Assembly: GCF_030028105.1 (NCBI RefSeq)
Contig: NC_092383.1
Location: 97,053,604-97,117,603 of the forward strand
DNA: 64,000 bases
DNA from: Mobula birostris
Lineage: Eukaryota
Direction: 5' to 3'
Shown here piece after piece: positions 38,748 through 51,700 of this stretch; positions within the stretch are counted from its first letter, which is position 1, and each line of letters starts with the position of its first letter. A program made the translations under genes and the position numbers. The notes below the pieces were generated by a model. That model searched no databases. It worked only from the letters and a program-made list of their open reading frames with translations, and was not told where the DNA came from.

Positions 38748-38905
38748 ACATTCTCGAGCTCTCTCACTGGGAATTCACATCCATGAAGCTCCTTGTCTTC
38801 TTCAACGTCTCTGTCTGCTGCTCTCTCAGCTGCCTTGTCCGTTCTCTGACTTCCTCTGCTGTCCATGGGGTCAAACAGCACCGAAACCGGCCCTTTGATC
38901 CATGA
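38748..38905 (+). CDS. Candidate terminal exon: Lys-containing TM plus short tail
   Basis: Strong acceptor ctgtttctttcttctccgcag; phase 1 open: xILELSHWEFTSMKLLVFFNVSVCCSLSCLVRSLTSSAVHGVKQHRNRPFDP-stop. Confidence 0.5.
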
Positions 38906-39185
38906 GTGAACACCGATCATCAAACACCACTTTACAGCAATACCATTTCATTCATCCCATCACCTCCCCCACATTCTACCCCGCACCCTCTCAGTGGGGG
39001 CAATTTATAGTGGCCAATTAACCCACCACCCTTGTATCTTTGGAATCTAGGAGGAAATGGGAGCACCTGGGGTAAACTGAGCCTTCACTGGGAGAACATG
39101 CAAACTCCACACAGATGGAATCTAAAACCAGGTTTAAACTGGGTTTGCTGGAGTTGTGAGACAGCAGAACTTCCTGCTGCCCATC
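38870..39185 (-). mobile_element. SINE with CR1-like tail at the duplication boundary
   Basis: ACAGCACCGAAACCGGCCC... tail and GGGAGAACATGCAAACTCCACACAG body; second copy at 51915-52230. Confidence 0.6.
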
Positions 39186-40479
39186 TGTATGTGTTTTCTC
39201 TCTCACTCCAGTGACAAATGGACTCCAGCACCATTTTCTGTTTCACAGCCTCAACCACTTCCTGCCACCATGTTACAACTTTGCAAGGCTTTCACCAAGG
39301 TCACACACTTCTTGTGTCGCTGAAACCCTTCATTCGTATTCTCTGCCTTGTCGATTAAACTGTTGTGTTTCGATTTCAGTGGCTCTGTTTCATCTGACTG
39401 ACCTGTGCCAGCCTCTCACTGGATCTGGCACAAGGCCACAAACAGTATTAATTTATTGCTCTTGCCCCATGTCACTTCCTTTGTTCAACCCAGTTCATCC
39501 AAATACGCAGCTCAGTCTTCCTCAGGTCACACAGGCTGTTTCTTTGATAAGCCTGTCAGTCCGACAAAATCAAAAACAGCTTTTTATTTGGAAATTATCC
39601 CTTATTTATCAGATTGTCAACCCCACTGCATCTACTGTTTGCTGCTCTGATCAAACTGTCCCCGGGAGGGGAGCCAGCTCACAAAATGGTGGCCGCAGAG
39701 AACACACATAAAATGGCTGCCTCCATTCCTTCCACTACAAGAATATATTTGTTTTTACTGTTTCCCCTGTCCCTGGCTCATTTGGTGTTCTACAGTTTTT
39801 TAATCCCTTCATGACTGACAATCCACAGGGTCAGCATTCAATCCCTTGGGTTGTTGTAGGAAAGCTTCAGACTTCGGAGAAATGAGATTGTTTGGTCAGG
39901 TGGGCAGAGGAAGAGGCAAATGGAGAATAAAATGGAGTTTGTGTTGGATCAGGGTAAATTGACGTTCCTCTATTCGGAGGCTGTGTCCTCTGGTCCTACA
40001 CTCCTTCACCATAAGAAGCATTTTCTTACGTCCTCTGCCGAGGTATTTCAACATTCGATAGGTTTCAATGAAATTTCCACTCATTCTTCCAAATTTCAGT
40101 GAGTACAGGCCCAGAGCCATCAAATGCTCCTCATATGCTCTACAACATGAAATCCTTGGAAGTGAGTCCATAGGTTGTGGAATCAATTCAGGGTTATGGT
40201 GTGTGAAGTTATCCACACTGGTTCAGGAGTCTGATGTGTAACTGTTCCTGAACCTGGTGGTGTGGAACCTGAGGTCCGTACCTCCTTTCTGACAGCAGCA
40301 ATGAAAGGAGATTATGGACTGGATGGTCGGGGTCCTTGATAATGCACGTTGCTTTCTTGTCGCAGTGCTCCTTGTAGATCTGCTCAGTGGTGGGGAGGGT
40401 TTTTCTTGTGATGGACTGGGCCATATCCACCACTTTATGTTGGCTTTTCTATTCTTTTGGTCAGGACTGCGGTGATGTG

Positions 40480-43400
40480 GGCGAGCAGCCGGAAGTCTGG
40501 TACATGTTGGTACCAATGACATAGACAGAAAAAGAGAGGAGGTCCTAAAGAAAGATTACTGGGAGCTAGGAAGAAAATTGAAAAGCCGGACCTCCAGAGT
40601 AATAATATCAGGATTGCTGCCTGAGCTGCGCACTAATGATGGTAAGAATAGCAGAATTAAGCAGATGAATGTGTGGCTAGGTAACTGGTGCAGGGGGCAA
40701 GGCTTCAAATTCTTGAATCATTGGGATCTCGGCCTGAAACGTCGACTGCACCTCTTCCTAGAGATGCTGCCTGGCCTGCTGCGTTCACCAGCAACTTTGA
40801 TGAGTGGTACTAATATCCTGGTGGGATTGTTTAATATAGCTGTTAGGGAGGGTTTAAACTAAGTTAGCAAGGGGAAGGAAACCAAGGTGTTAGGGTGGAG
40901 GAAGAGGGAAATAGAAATAAGTCAAAAATACTGTGCAGCAAAGATCGCAAGAAGGACAGGCCGGTGAATATACAGGATAATTTGCTGCAAAATAGAAATA
41001 TAGCAAAATCGACAACAGATACTGATCTAAGTGTACTGTACTTAAATGCACGCAGCATTAGAAATAAAGTGGATGACCTTGCTGCACAGCTGCAGGTTAA
41101 AAGGTATGACATTGTGGCCATCACCGAGTCATGACTAAATGATGGATGTAATTGGGAGCTGAATATCCCAGGATACACAGTGTACAGGAAGGATAGGAAG
41201 GTAGGTAAAGGCGGTGGCGTGGCCCTGTTGGTAAGTAATGATATCAAATCAATAGAAAGAGGGACATAGGATCAGAAGAGGTAGAATCCTTATCGGTAGA
41301 ATTAAGAAATGGCAAGGGTAAAAAGACACTAATAGCAGTTATATACAGGCCTCCAAACAGCAGTCGGGATGTGGACTACAAGTTGCAGCTGGAAATAGAA
41401 AAAGCGTGTCAGAAGGAAAATGTCAAGATAATTATGGGGGATTTTAATATGAAAGTGGATTGGGAAAGTCGGGAAGGTAATGGATCTCAGGAGAGGGAGT
41501 TTGTAGAATGCCTACAGGATGGCTTTTTGGAGCAGCTTGTCCAGAAGCCCACCAGGGGACCGGCTGTTTTGGATTAGGTGCTGTGTAGTGAATCTGAGGC
41601 GATTAGGGAGCTGGAGGTAAAGGAACTCCTCGGAAGTAGTGATCATAATATGATTGAGTTCAGTTTCAAATTTGAAAAGGAGAAGCTGGTATCAGGTGTA
41701 TCGATATTTCAGTGGAACAGGGGAAATTACAGTGGTATGAGAGAGGAACTGGCCCAAGTCAATTGGAAAAGTAAACTAAATGGAGGGACGGCAGAGCAGA
41801 ATTGGATGAAATTCCTACAAGAAATAAGGAAAATGCAGGAAAAATATATTCCAAGAAAAAAAATTCATGAATGGAAAAATGGCGCAAATGTGGCTAACGA
41901 GAGAGGTTAAGGCAAAAATAAAAGCAAAAGAAACGGCGTACAAGGAAGCAAAAATTAGTGGGAAAATGAGGACTGGAAGACTTTTAAAAGCTTACAGAAG
42001 GAAACTAAGAAAGTCATTAGGAAAGAAAAGATGAATTATGAAAGGAAGTTGGCGATCAACATTAAAAAAAGGATACTAAGTGTTTTTTTAAATATATGAA
42101 GAGTAAAAGAGTGACAAGGGTAGATATGGGACCGATTGAAAATGATGCTGGAGAAATTATAATGGATAACAAAGAGATGGCGGAGGAACTGAATGAGTAT
42201 TTTGCATCAGTCTTCACAGTGAAAGACATGAGCAATATACCTGATAGCCAGAGGTATCAGGGAATAGAATTAGGTACAGTCAAGATAACTAGAGAGAAAG
42301 TGCTTGGGAAGCTAAGTGGACTAAGAATAGATAAGTCTCCCGGCCCGGATGAGGTGCACCCAAGGGTTCTGAAGGAGGTGGCTTTGGAGATTGTGGAAGC
42401 ATTGGAAATGATCTTCCAGGAATCAATAGACTCTGACATTGTTCCAGAGGACTGGAAGGTCGCAAATGTAGTTCCGTTATTTAAGAAAGGAACGAGGCAG
42501 CAAAAAGAAAATTACAGACCTATTAGTCTGACATCGGTAGTTGGAAAGATATTGGAGTCAATCCTCAAGGACGAGGTTATGAAATACCTCGGTGCATGAC
42601 AAGATAGGCCGAAGCCAGCATGGTTTCATGAAGGGAAGATCCTGCCTTACCAACTTATTGGAATTTTTTGAGGTAATCTCGAATAAGATTGACAAGGGAG
42701 AGGCTGTGGATGTTGTGTATTTGGATTTTCAAAAGGCCTTCGATAAGGTGCCGCATATGAGGCTGCTTAATAAGATGAGAGCCCATGGAATTATAGGAAA
42801 GAATTGAAATGGATGGAGCATTGGCTGATAGGCAGAAAGCAAAGGGTGGAAATAAAGGGGTCCTATTCTGATTGGTTGCCGGTTACTAGTGGTGTTCCGC
42901 AGGGGTCGGTGTTGGGGCCGCTTCTTTTTATGATGTATATCGATGATTTGGATTATGGATTAAATGGTTTTGTGGCCAACTTTGCGGATGACACCAAGAT
43001 AGGTGGAGGAGCAGGAAATGTTGAAGAAACGGAAAGGTTGCAGAGAGACTTAGTCAGTTTAGGAGAGTGGGCAAAGAAATGGCAGATGAGATACAAAGTT
43101 GACAAATGTACGGTTGTACATTTCGGAAGAAGAAATAATCTGGCAGATTATTATTTAGATGGGGAGAAAATTCAAAAATCGGAAGTGCAAAGGGACTTGG
43201 GGGTCCTCGTGCAGGATACCCTAAAGGTTAACCACCAAGTTGGATCGGCGGTAAGGAAAGCGAATGCTATGTTGGCGTTCATTTCAAGAGGAATAGTGTG
43301 TAAGAGTAAAGAGGTGTTGATGAGGCTCTATGGGGCATCAGTGAGACCTCATTTGGAATACTGTGTGCAGTTTTGGGCCACCTATCTTAGAAAGGATACA

Positions 43401-43913
43401 TTGATGTTGTAGAGAGATCAGAGAAGATTTACGAGGATGATTCCTGGAATGCAGGGGCTAACATATGAGGAGTGTCTGTCGGCTCTTGGATTGTATTCAT
43501 TAGAGTATAGAAGAATGAGAGGGGATCTCATAGAAACATTTTGAATGTTGAAAGGATTGGACAGAGTACATGTGGAAAGGTTGTTTCCCTTGGTGGGTGA
43601 GTCCAGGACAAGAGGCCATAGTCTTAGAATTAGAGGGTACCCAGTTAAAACAGAGATGAGGAGAAATTTTTTTAGCCAGAGGGTCGTGGATTTGTGGAAT
43701 TCATTGCCACATATGGCTGTGGAGGCCCGATCATTGAGGGTGTTTAAGGAGGAGATTGACAGGTATCTAATTAGTCAGGGTATCAAGGGATATGGGGAAA
43801 AGCTGGAAATTGGAACTAGATGGGTGAATAGTTTAGTTCATGGGGGAGCTGTGGAGCAGACTCGATGGGCTGAATGGCCTACTTCTGCTCCTTTGTCTTG
43901 TGTGATCTTCTGT
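40480..43913 (+). mobile_element. CR1 LINE (end of ORF1 + full ORF2, frameshifted), specific to copy A
   Basis: EN (LYLNARSIRNK) and RT (YLDFQKAFDKVPH, FADDTK); GTGATGTG at 40472-40479 and 43914-43921; empty site GTGATGAG at 53516-53523. Confidence 0.95.
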
Positions 43914-44196
43914 GTGATGTGATAAAAGATCAGTCAGAGTCTCATTGATTGTGGAGCAGGCACGAGGGGTCAAAAATCCTCCTGATTTTATTGTTCTTAT
44001 TTGGTGTGAGGTGAAATACTGACATCAGTCAGTCCGCTCGTGACGTCGAGCGCTGTGGCTTTCTGCTTGTGATCACACCTCTGTACTTCACCTTTTGCAC
44101 AACACCTACTTTCTTGTCGACTGCTCTTCACAACGTACCGAATAGGAGAGGAAGCTTTGTGCAGCCCACCAACGTCTATACTGTTCTGTGAGAACA

Positions 44197-44251
44197 ATGA
44201 ACACCAGGCATCTGCTTATCTCCTGCTGGCTAACTCTCTGTGCCTCACTCT
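44197..44251 (+). CDS. Signal-peptide exon, copy A (non-canonical T|gcaagt donor)
   Basis: MNTRHLLISCWLTLCASL + 1 nt (phase 1). Confidence 0.6.
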
Positions 44252-47200
44252 GCAAGTTTGATTCAGAGCAAGTCTTTGTCTTTAACATTCTTCTCTCCAG
44301 GTTCGCTGTTACTTTCTGGACTCGGGCATTTCTGGGTCCCACACTACCAGGGCAAGGAGAGTGTAGGTCGGACACAGTGAAGCTGCCTCTCCTGTCACAC
44401 TCTCATAAAACACCAGTTTGACATGGAGAGCAAGAAAAGTTTGGTTAATGGTGGGTTTTGGGACAGAGGATTGGCTCTTTCTGTAGCCATAGAACCATCC
44501 TGCTTCTAATTCTGGAAACGGAGCTTGAGAAACAGGTATCAGTTGTTCACAGGATTGGGAAGGATTGGCAGGGATGTGGAATTAAGTACATGTGACCCAG
44601 GACCCCTCAGAACCCAGGGACTGGGATCTGGTCTGGAGATGTTTCATGGGAAAAGATCCTGATGGGGAATCGCTGTAGGAATGGTGGATGGTGGGGGCAG
44701 GAAGTGGCGGGTGTGGGGGGCACTGGAATGGAGAAAGAGAGTGGAAATTGTTAACAGTCATCTTCATTTTTGGTCCCAAGTGCTGGGTTTCTCTCTCTCT
44801 CGGCAGACAGACTGCCGATCTGTCAATAGCCACATCACAATATTGGACATACAAGCATTGAGAGAGAATGATAAATAAAATCCTGATATCATTGCCCAAA
44901 ATGGTTGTTAACCTGTAGAATTAGTCGTAAGTCTGAGGATTGAGACTGATTATGAACACAGCAAAGGGTAACAGATATATCGTTGAAGAAAGCGAAAATG
45001 GAAAGTTGAAGGATATTAAAAACAGACTGTGAGAGCCGGAATCAGGACATGAAACAAACACAGCAGCAGGTACAACTGTAGTTCCCTTACAGACAGACGT
45101 GGGTCTTTGTAATGGGGAATGAAGGAACAGTAGAGGAAATAACCATGGCTTTTTGTGTGTCTTTGTGGAACACACAAAAACCTGCCAGAAATACAGGATA
45201 GACAAGTGTTGAATGCTAGTGTAGAAATAAAATCAATCAGCGTCAATGATGAAATAACATCACGAAAATGGATAATTGACACAGGCCTGATGATCTCCAT
45301 CCCGGAGTCTGTGACAAGGTGTCAGTAGAGTTACTCAACTTTATGGTTATCATCTGGCAAACTCTACAGTTTCAGGAATGGTTCCTACAGACTGTTTCAA
45401 AAAGGAGGGAGAGAGAGAAAACTGGGAACCACACAACTCTCCAGCTGACACTGGGAGCGGGGAGAATGTTGGAATCTGTGATAATGGGTGAGAAATGAAT
45501 GCTGAAGGGGAATTATCACAAAGATTCACCAGACTGGTTTGTGATGTGGTGGGTCTGACATGTCACTAGTGTGGGTAATAGACTAGGTCTCTATTCAAAA
45601 AGTTCAAAATAAGTTTTATTATCAGAGTAGAGATATGTCACCACATACAATCCTGAGATTCTTTCTCTGCGGGCATACTTAGCAAATCTATAGAACAGTA
45701 ACTGTAAATAGGATCAATAGACAACAAACTGCGCAAATAAATATAAATAAATATCAATAAATAACCTGTTCTTGAACCTGATGGTGTAGGTCCTGAGGCT
45801 CTTGTACCTTCTACCTGATGACAGCAGTGAGAAAAGAGCATGGCCTGGGTGGTGAGGATCTTTGATTATGGCAATGTTTCATGTAGATGCTTTCAGTGGG
45901 TGGGAAGGTTTTATCCATGATATACTGGACCGAATTCACTACATTTTGTAGGATTTTCCGTTCAAATACATGGTGTTCCCATACCAGGCCATTACGAAGC
46001 CAGCCGGCATACTGTGGTAAATCACTGGGATTCTCCGGTGATCCGGAAATTCTTCTTTCATTGATAGATTTCTAGATATTAAGGAGATCAAGGAAAATGG
46101 CAAGAAAATGTTTCAGTCAGGATCAGTTGAATATGTTGTCTGGTTCAATGGTCGCACGTCTGCTCCCTGCTCCTGCTCGTCATGTTGACACGAGCTCAGC
46201 AAAGTGTTTGTGAACCCGGATCACACAATGGAACAAAAGAGCAGAGAGTGTGACTGGTTGCATGAGAGTGTGTGTGAGTGTGAGTGTGAGTGTGAGTGTG
46301 TGTGCGTGAGAGTGTGTGTGTTAGTTTCAATCACCATTATCTGTCGTATCTAGAGTTTGATGTGTGTGAAAATCCCAGGAGATCAGCATTGAGTTGCTGC
46401 CACATGATGGCTGATTTGGTATTTGTTAACGGGCAGGTGTCGGGTTGTATTCAATAAAGTGACTATTGAGTGTGATCCAGGCACAGCCCTGCAGTGCATT
46501 CAGTGTCCAGCATCTCAGTGTGGAGAAGCCATCCACAGTGAGACAGAGAGAGATACTGCAGGGAACTCATACCTTCAACCCACCAGGTCAATGCTAACCA
46601 TCAACCACCTGTTTACACTCATACTACATTAACGTGTCTGGTCCAGACGGCGTACCTGGCCGAGTACTAAAGATCTGTGTGGTCCAACTAACAGGAGTAT
46701 TTTGCACTTTCTTCACTGTACAGCCGCACTTGGCTGGGAAATGGGTGAGAACCAGAGAAGCTGCCCCAAACACACTCTGATCCATTTTTTAAAATCTCCC
46801 CGTCTCTATCATATGATACAGGAGGTGGAAGCAGTCAGCAGTTCAGGACACATTTGTAGAATGAGAAAAGAGACAACATTTCAGGTCAAAGACTGTTCAT
46901 TAGAACTGTGGAGAAGTAAAAACTATAGGGAAAGTGGGTGTTGGGGTGTCTCTGACAGGGTGCCATGGGGATAAGCTGGCTACAGGATTATCTGGTCAAT
47001 GGGTGATTGGGAGCAGTTGGAACAGGGAGAACATGGACAAAAGGAGATTGACGACAATGTATAGACGTGAACTATTCAACAGGAAGCCTGGTCCGGTAGG
47101 TCAGGCTAGACACCATCTCCACTACCACATCCAGCTAGATTCTCTTACACTCTTCTTAAGCCAATCACCCCTGGTGGGGCACAGGCTGCTGACAGCAGCT

Positions 47201-48113
47201 CACTAGACACCTCTATCCATCTAAACAGGGAATTCTGACCCTCTCGCACAACAGAAACTGTAGCATTGGACTGTACACCCTCTTTGCTCCAAGGTCTGAT
47301 GAGGAGTGGCAGAGTCCTCACAGACAGACTCTAACTGGGACTCCACCCTCACCACCTGACACTGGAGGTCCAGGCAACAGGTGAGGGTCAGACAGTGCAG
47401 AGTGCACAGGGGCAGCCGGTGCAAGGAACCACCTGGGGACGGGAGGTGCAGCCTGTGGGACATTTCCCAGAGACGGCTCAAGTTGTGCTGAACCAGCTCT
47501 GCAGGAGAGCTTGGGGGACGTAGATCCAGTGACAATTCCGGCTGAGTGGTGGTCACCGTGAGTCCGTTCAGTCGACCTCCTGACCCCTGCACACTCACAG
47601 TGAGGGTATCCCAGTAATCTCACCCCAAACTTCCTAGAAAGTATCCATGAGGTATGTAACATTACACTGAATATAGTGTCCCAGTGAGTGACACAGTACA
47701 TGTACACAACAGCACACTCACACACAGCAATATGGTTGCTGACTCACTCCAACAGTAATATCACATTCACAATAATCTCACTCAGCAGTGTCTGTCTGAG
47801 AAACACTCTCTCCCTGTGTGCCGCGTCCACACAGAGGAAGAACTAAAGACATGGAAATGGAGAGAATTCCTGGAATAAAGAGCTAGAAACAGGAAATGGA
47901 GGAGAGTTTGTCGATGAGTGTGGGTAGTGCACGTGGGAACTTTCTCCAGCAGCAAGTGACTGGTGAGGGAAGGGTTAAACCGTTGGGTAAAATTGAGGTG
48001 GGGTTGGCTTGAAGTTCACTCTGGAGTGTTGGGGATGGGATGGGGGAGTTGGGGATTGAGGTGTCCACAAGGATCTTCATTATTCATCTTTCATCTCTCC
48101 CTCACACCCTCAG

Positions 48114-48394
48114 AGCCCGTGTCAGGAGCAAACATCACAGTTCAGAACATCACTGGGACTTGTAACCTCACCCTGACTGCTCCGTGACCTCTGGCAACCC
48201 CACCAGATTCAGTTGGAAGAGAGAAGTTACAGGAGACAACAGCAGCCATCACATCTGGAAAGACGGAAAGATGATACAGGTTCATTGCACAGCAGAGATC
48301 GAGGATGTTGTGTACAGGTGTGAGGCCAGCAACCCCATCAGTGAGGACACCGCACAGGTCCGGCTGGGGGACGTCTGTAATCTGGACACATGTC
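48114..48394 (+). pseudogene. Third IgC2 paralogue with a 1-nt deletion
   Basis: Intact splice sites (ccctcag, C|gtgagt); CTGACTGC versus CTGACCTGC in gene 1 shifts frame just before the second Cys; otherwise open and collinear. Confidence 0.88.
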
Positions 48395-50879
48395 GTGAGT
48401 GTCAGAGGAAGAAGTTGGGATTTAGTTATCTCCCCGTCCCAGAAGTGTGAGATGGGACAGCACAGAGGAGCTTCAGTTTGTATCTATTCTGCACTCTGAC
48501 ACTGTTTGAGAGAATACTGTAGAGAACCATTTACTTTATCGGCAACCTTCATTTTTTGTATTTTATACTCAGGCCTCTGCTCATATTTGTCAGCACAGAC
48601 TGGGTGAGGAACTGCAGTACATTTTGCAGAAGGTCCACACTGAATCAACTGTGCACTGTTACTGGAGGGAGGGAGTGATTCGATTGGAGGGAAGGATTAT
48701 TTAGGATAGCTGAGGCACTGAGTGGTCAGGGAGGTGGAGGCTGAGTTTGAGGAGAGGGGTTACTGAGGGCCAGTGTGAGGGAGCTGGATTAAAATCAGAG
48801 GAAATACAATCCATGACACATGTGCTGGGGAAGAGGGTTTACTGAGAGTTTTCTTTTTGACAGAATTGGACTAATATTTCTGGAGATCTGGTCTATGATA
48901 CAGGACCCTTGCTGTGAGTGATTTCAGAGGGAGAATGTGAGAGTTAGATTAACCAGTGAGTCCATAGACACGAAGCCTGGAGCAGGTGAATCAGGACATT
49001 AACTCAGCCTCAGTTCATCACACAATGGGGAAAATCGTTGCGACGTTTGCAGACACGAAGCCCGGAGCAGCCGGATCAGGACACTGACTCAGCCTCAGTT
49101 CTGCGGGGAACGGGGCAAATCTCACAGAGCAGTAATGGACAGTGTCAGGGAGTCGGATCAACATCATCAGAGATACAGACAGGGACAAAGACACGAGGGG
49201 AGAGGGGCTGCAGAGGGATAGTGTGAGGGAACAGGATTAACATCAGTGGAGAAACAGTCAGTGGCACTGGAGACTGAGGAAGAGGGGTTTCTGAGGAACT
49301 AGGTAAGGGAGATTGAATGACATCACTGGACATACATTTAGTGACTCCGGGAGTTTGTGGAGAGGAGGGATGAAGGGAAAACGTGAGGAACTCAGTCAGT
49401 ATCAGTGGGTACATTCAGTGATACACGGTGATGGGGAAGAGGGGTTCCTGGTGACAGTGTCAGGAAGCAGTGTCACCGCGGTTCCGATATGGCCCAAGTG
49501 CGGAGTGAGAGACACTGAAGCAGGTCGATAGTTCAGACTTTCATCCAAACAAGGGGAAATAAAAGAATAAGTGCTAGGCCAAAGAGAGTCGTTAACTAAA
49601 ACTCTCGAAAGGGAAACGAAGCCTACACAGTGGCTGAAAAGAATATCTAAACATTAAACGAATACCGTTAGTCTTCAGAGTCAGTTGGAACAGGTGGACA
49701 AAGTTACTTCGAACTCAACGGCTGTGAAGGCGGATGAAGGCTGCAACAAATCCATCAGCTCCAATCGTCGTGGTTTCCATGCCATTGGAATCAGTTGGTT
49801 GATTTGCGAAGTATCGTGTGCTTCTTGGAGTGCAACATCAAGTACACGTTAAACAAATACACGCACAGGAGTCTTCACTCTGTACGGAACGAAGACCATC
49901 ATCCTCGACCTCGAGGGATAGCCACGACGAGAATCAGTTGATTTTGAAAGTCCAATGGCTCAGGGAAGGCCGAATGCAAAACTGCAGCGAAGCTTTGCTA
50001 TGCTCTGTCCAAGTCTCGACAAGCACGACGACGACAAGAATGTAGTTAAATACTATCACGATTAAATAATAATTACCTGACACGTGCAAATTCACAAGCG
50101 CGATTGCCGTATCTACTGTACTGCCGAATCTGTGGTTGTGACAAGCAGGGGTAATATCAGACACAAAACAATCACAAGACCATAAGACCATAAGATATAG
50201 GAGCAGAAGTAGGCCATTCGACCCTTCGATCCCGCTCCACCATTCAATCATGGGCTGATCCAATTCTTCTAGTCATCCCCACTCCCCTGCTTTCACCGCA
50301 CACCTTTGATGCCCTGGCTAATCAAGAACCTCCCTATCTCTCCCTTAAATACACCCTTGGCCTTCACAGCCGCTCGTGGCAACACATTCCACAGATTTAC
50401 CACCCTCTGACTAAAGTAATTTCTCCACAACTCAGTTCTAAAATGACGTCCTTCAATCCTGAAGTCAGTGAGAAAGAACTGGATGGACATGAGCGGAGTT
50501 GCAGTCACTGGCACAGGCACTGAGAAAGAGGGGCTATCGAGGGAATAGATGAGGGAAATGATTAACAGCAGTGGACAGAGTCTGTGTTACAGGGAACTGA
50601 AGATGTGTAAGGCGTTACTGAGGGACTGGATGAGGGAGAGGATAACAGCTTTAGAGAACAGATTTAATTAATGCCATCTTTTCTTTCCTCGCTGTTTAAG
50701 GCCACAGGGTCTCTGTATTTCTGGGAGATTTTTTGTACCTTTGTTTGAGAAGGTGGGCAACTTCAGTTTTGGTTCCTCTACCATTTCCTTAATTCCTGTC
50801 ACAAACATTTCCAAATATGTCTGTCAACTGTATTCTTCTTCTGTGTACCAGTGGGGGCACCACAGTGTAGAAGGGTGGT

Positions 50880-51400
50880 GGAGAGCAGTGATGTGATAGT
50901 GACTAGGGGATGAGGGGACTGAGGGGTATTGGAGGGGAGAGGAGAGGTGCAGGACAGTGATGTGATGGTGATTAGAGGGAATGGGGAGCAAGAAGATTGA
51001 GGGGTATTAGAGGGGTCAGTGCAGGACAGTGATGTGATGGAGATTGGAGGGAATATAGATGGAAGGACTGAGGGGTATTGGAGTGGAGGAGAAGGGAGGG
51101 GAGTGATTTGATAGCGATTGGAGGGAATGGGGACCGAGGGGACTGATGGGTATTATAGGGGAGCAGAACAAGACAGTGATGTTATGGAGATTGGAGGGAC
51201 TGAGGGGAATTGGAAGGGAGGAGAAGAGAGGGGAGTGATTTGATAGTGATCGGAGGGAATGGGGATGGAGAGAAGTATTGGAGGGGAGCGATGCAGGACC
51301 AAGATATGATGGAGATTGGAGGGAATAGGGGTGGAGGGACTGAGGGATGTTGGAAGGGAGAGGAGCGGAGTGGAGAGGTGGAGTTTGGATGGTAGTTACG
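50880..51400. repeat. Degenerate purine-rich minisatellite
   Basis: Recurrent CAGGACAGTGATGTGATGGAGATTGGAGGGAAT...GGACTGAGGGGTATTGGAG units. Confidence 0.75.
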
Positions 51401-51550
51401 TGATGGTGATTGTAGGGTACTGAGGGACCGTGCTGAGGTGACAGGGTGTTTTCTTCAACTGAGGAGGGATGGAGTGAATTCATCAGTCCTGTGTTACTGG
51501 GAACCTGAGGACTGGATTCATCAGGAAATCTTTTCTCCTCTCTGTTACAG

Positions 51551-51700
51551 CCCCTAAAGCAACAGCAGCGGGAGATGCAGTGACCTGGGTGATCAGATTG
51601 TTCGTGGTGAGGACCCTCCTGATCTTTGCCCTCACTGTGATCCTCACGGACACACGGAAGAGAGGACCTGAGGGAAGGGAAGTAACTTCAGGGACTGAAG
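51551..51700 (+). CDS. TM exon with intramembrane Arg; GC-AG intron follows
   Basis: Acceptor tttctcctctctgttacag; 150 nt, phase 1-1: xPKATAAGDAVTWVIRLFVVRTLLIFALTVILTDTRKRGPEGREVTSGTE; donor AAG|gcaagt. Confidence 0.75.

Larger units (their letters stand above)
38870..47637 (+). repeat. Tandem segmental duplication, copy A
   Basis: Near-identical to 51915-60490 apart from copy-specific insertions and one replaced block (46321-46900). Confidence 0.95.

Noticed and set aside
44301-44362. Mini-exon after the leader (ctctccag|GTTCG...AGT|gtaggt)
   Set aside because: Ends in phase 0, and the donor is degraded to gtagat in copy B; cannot be supported.
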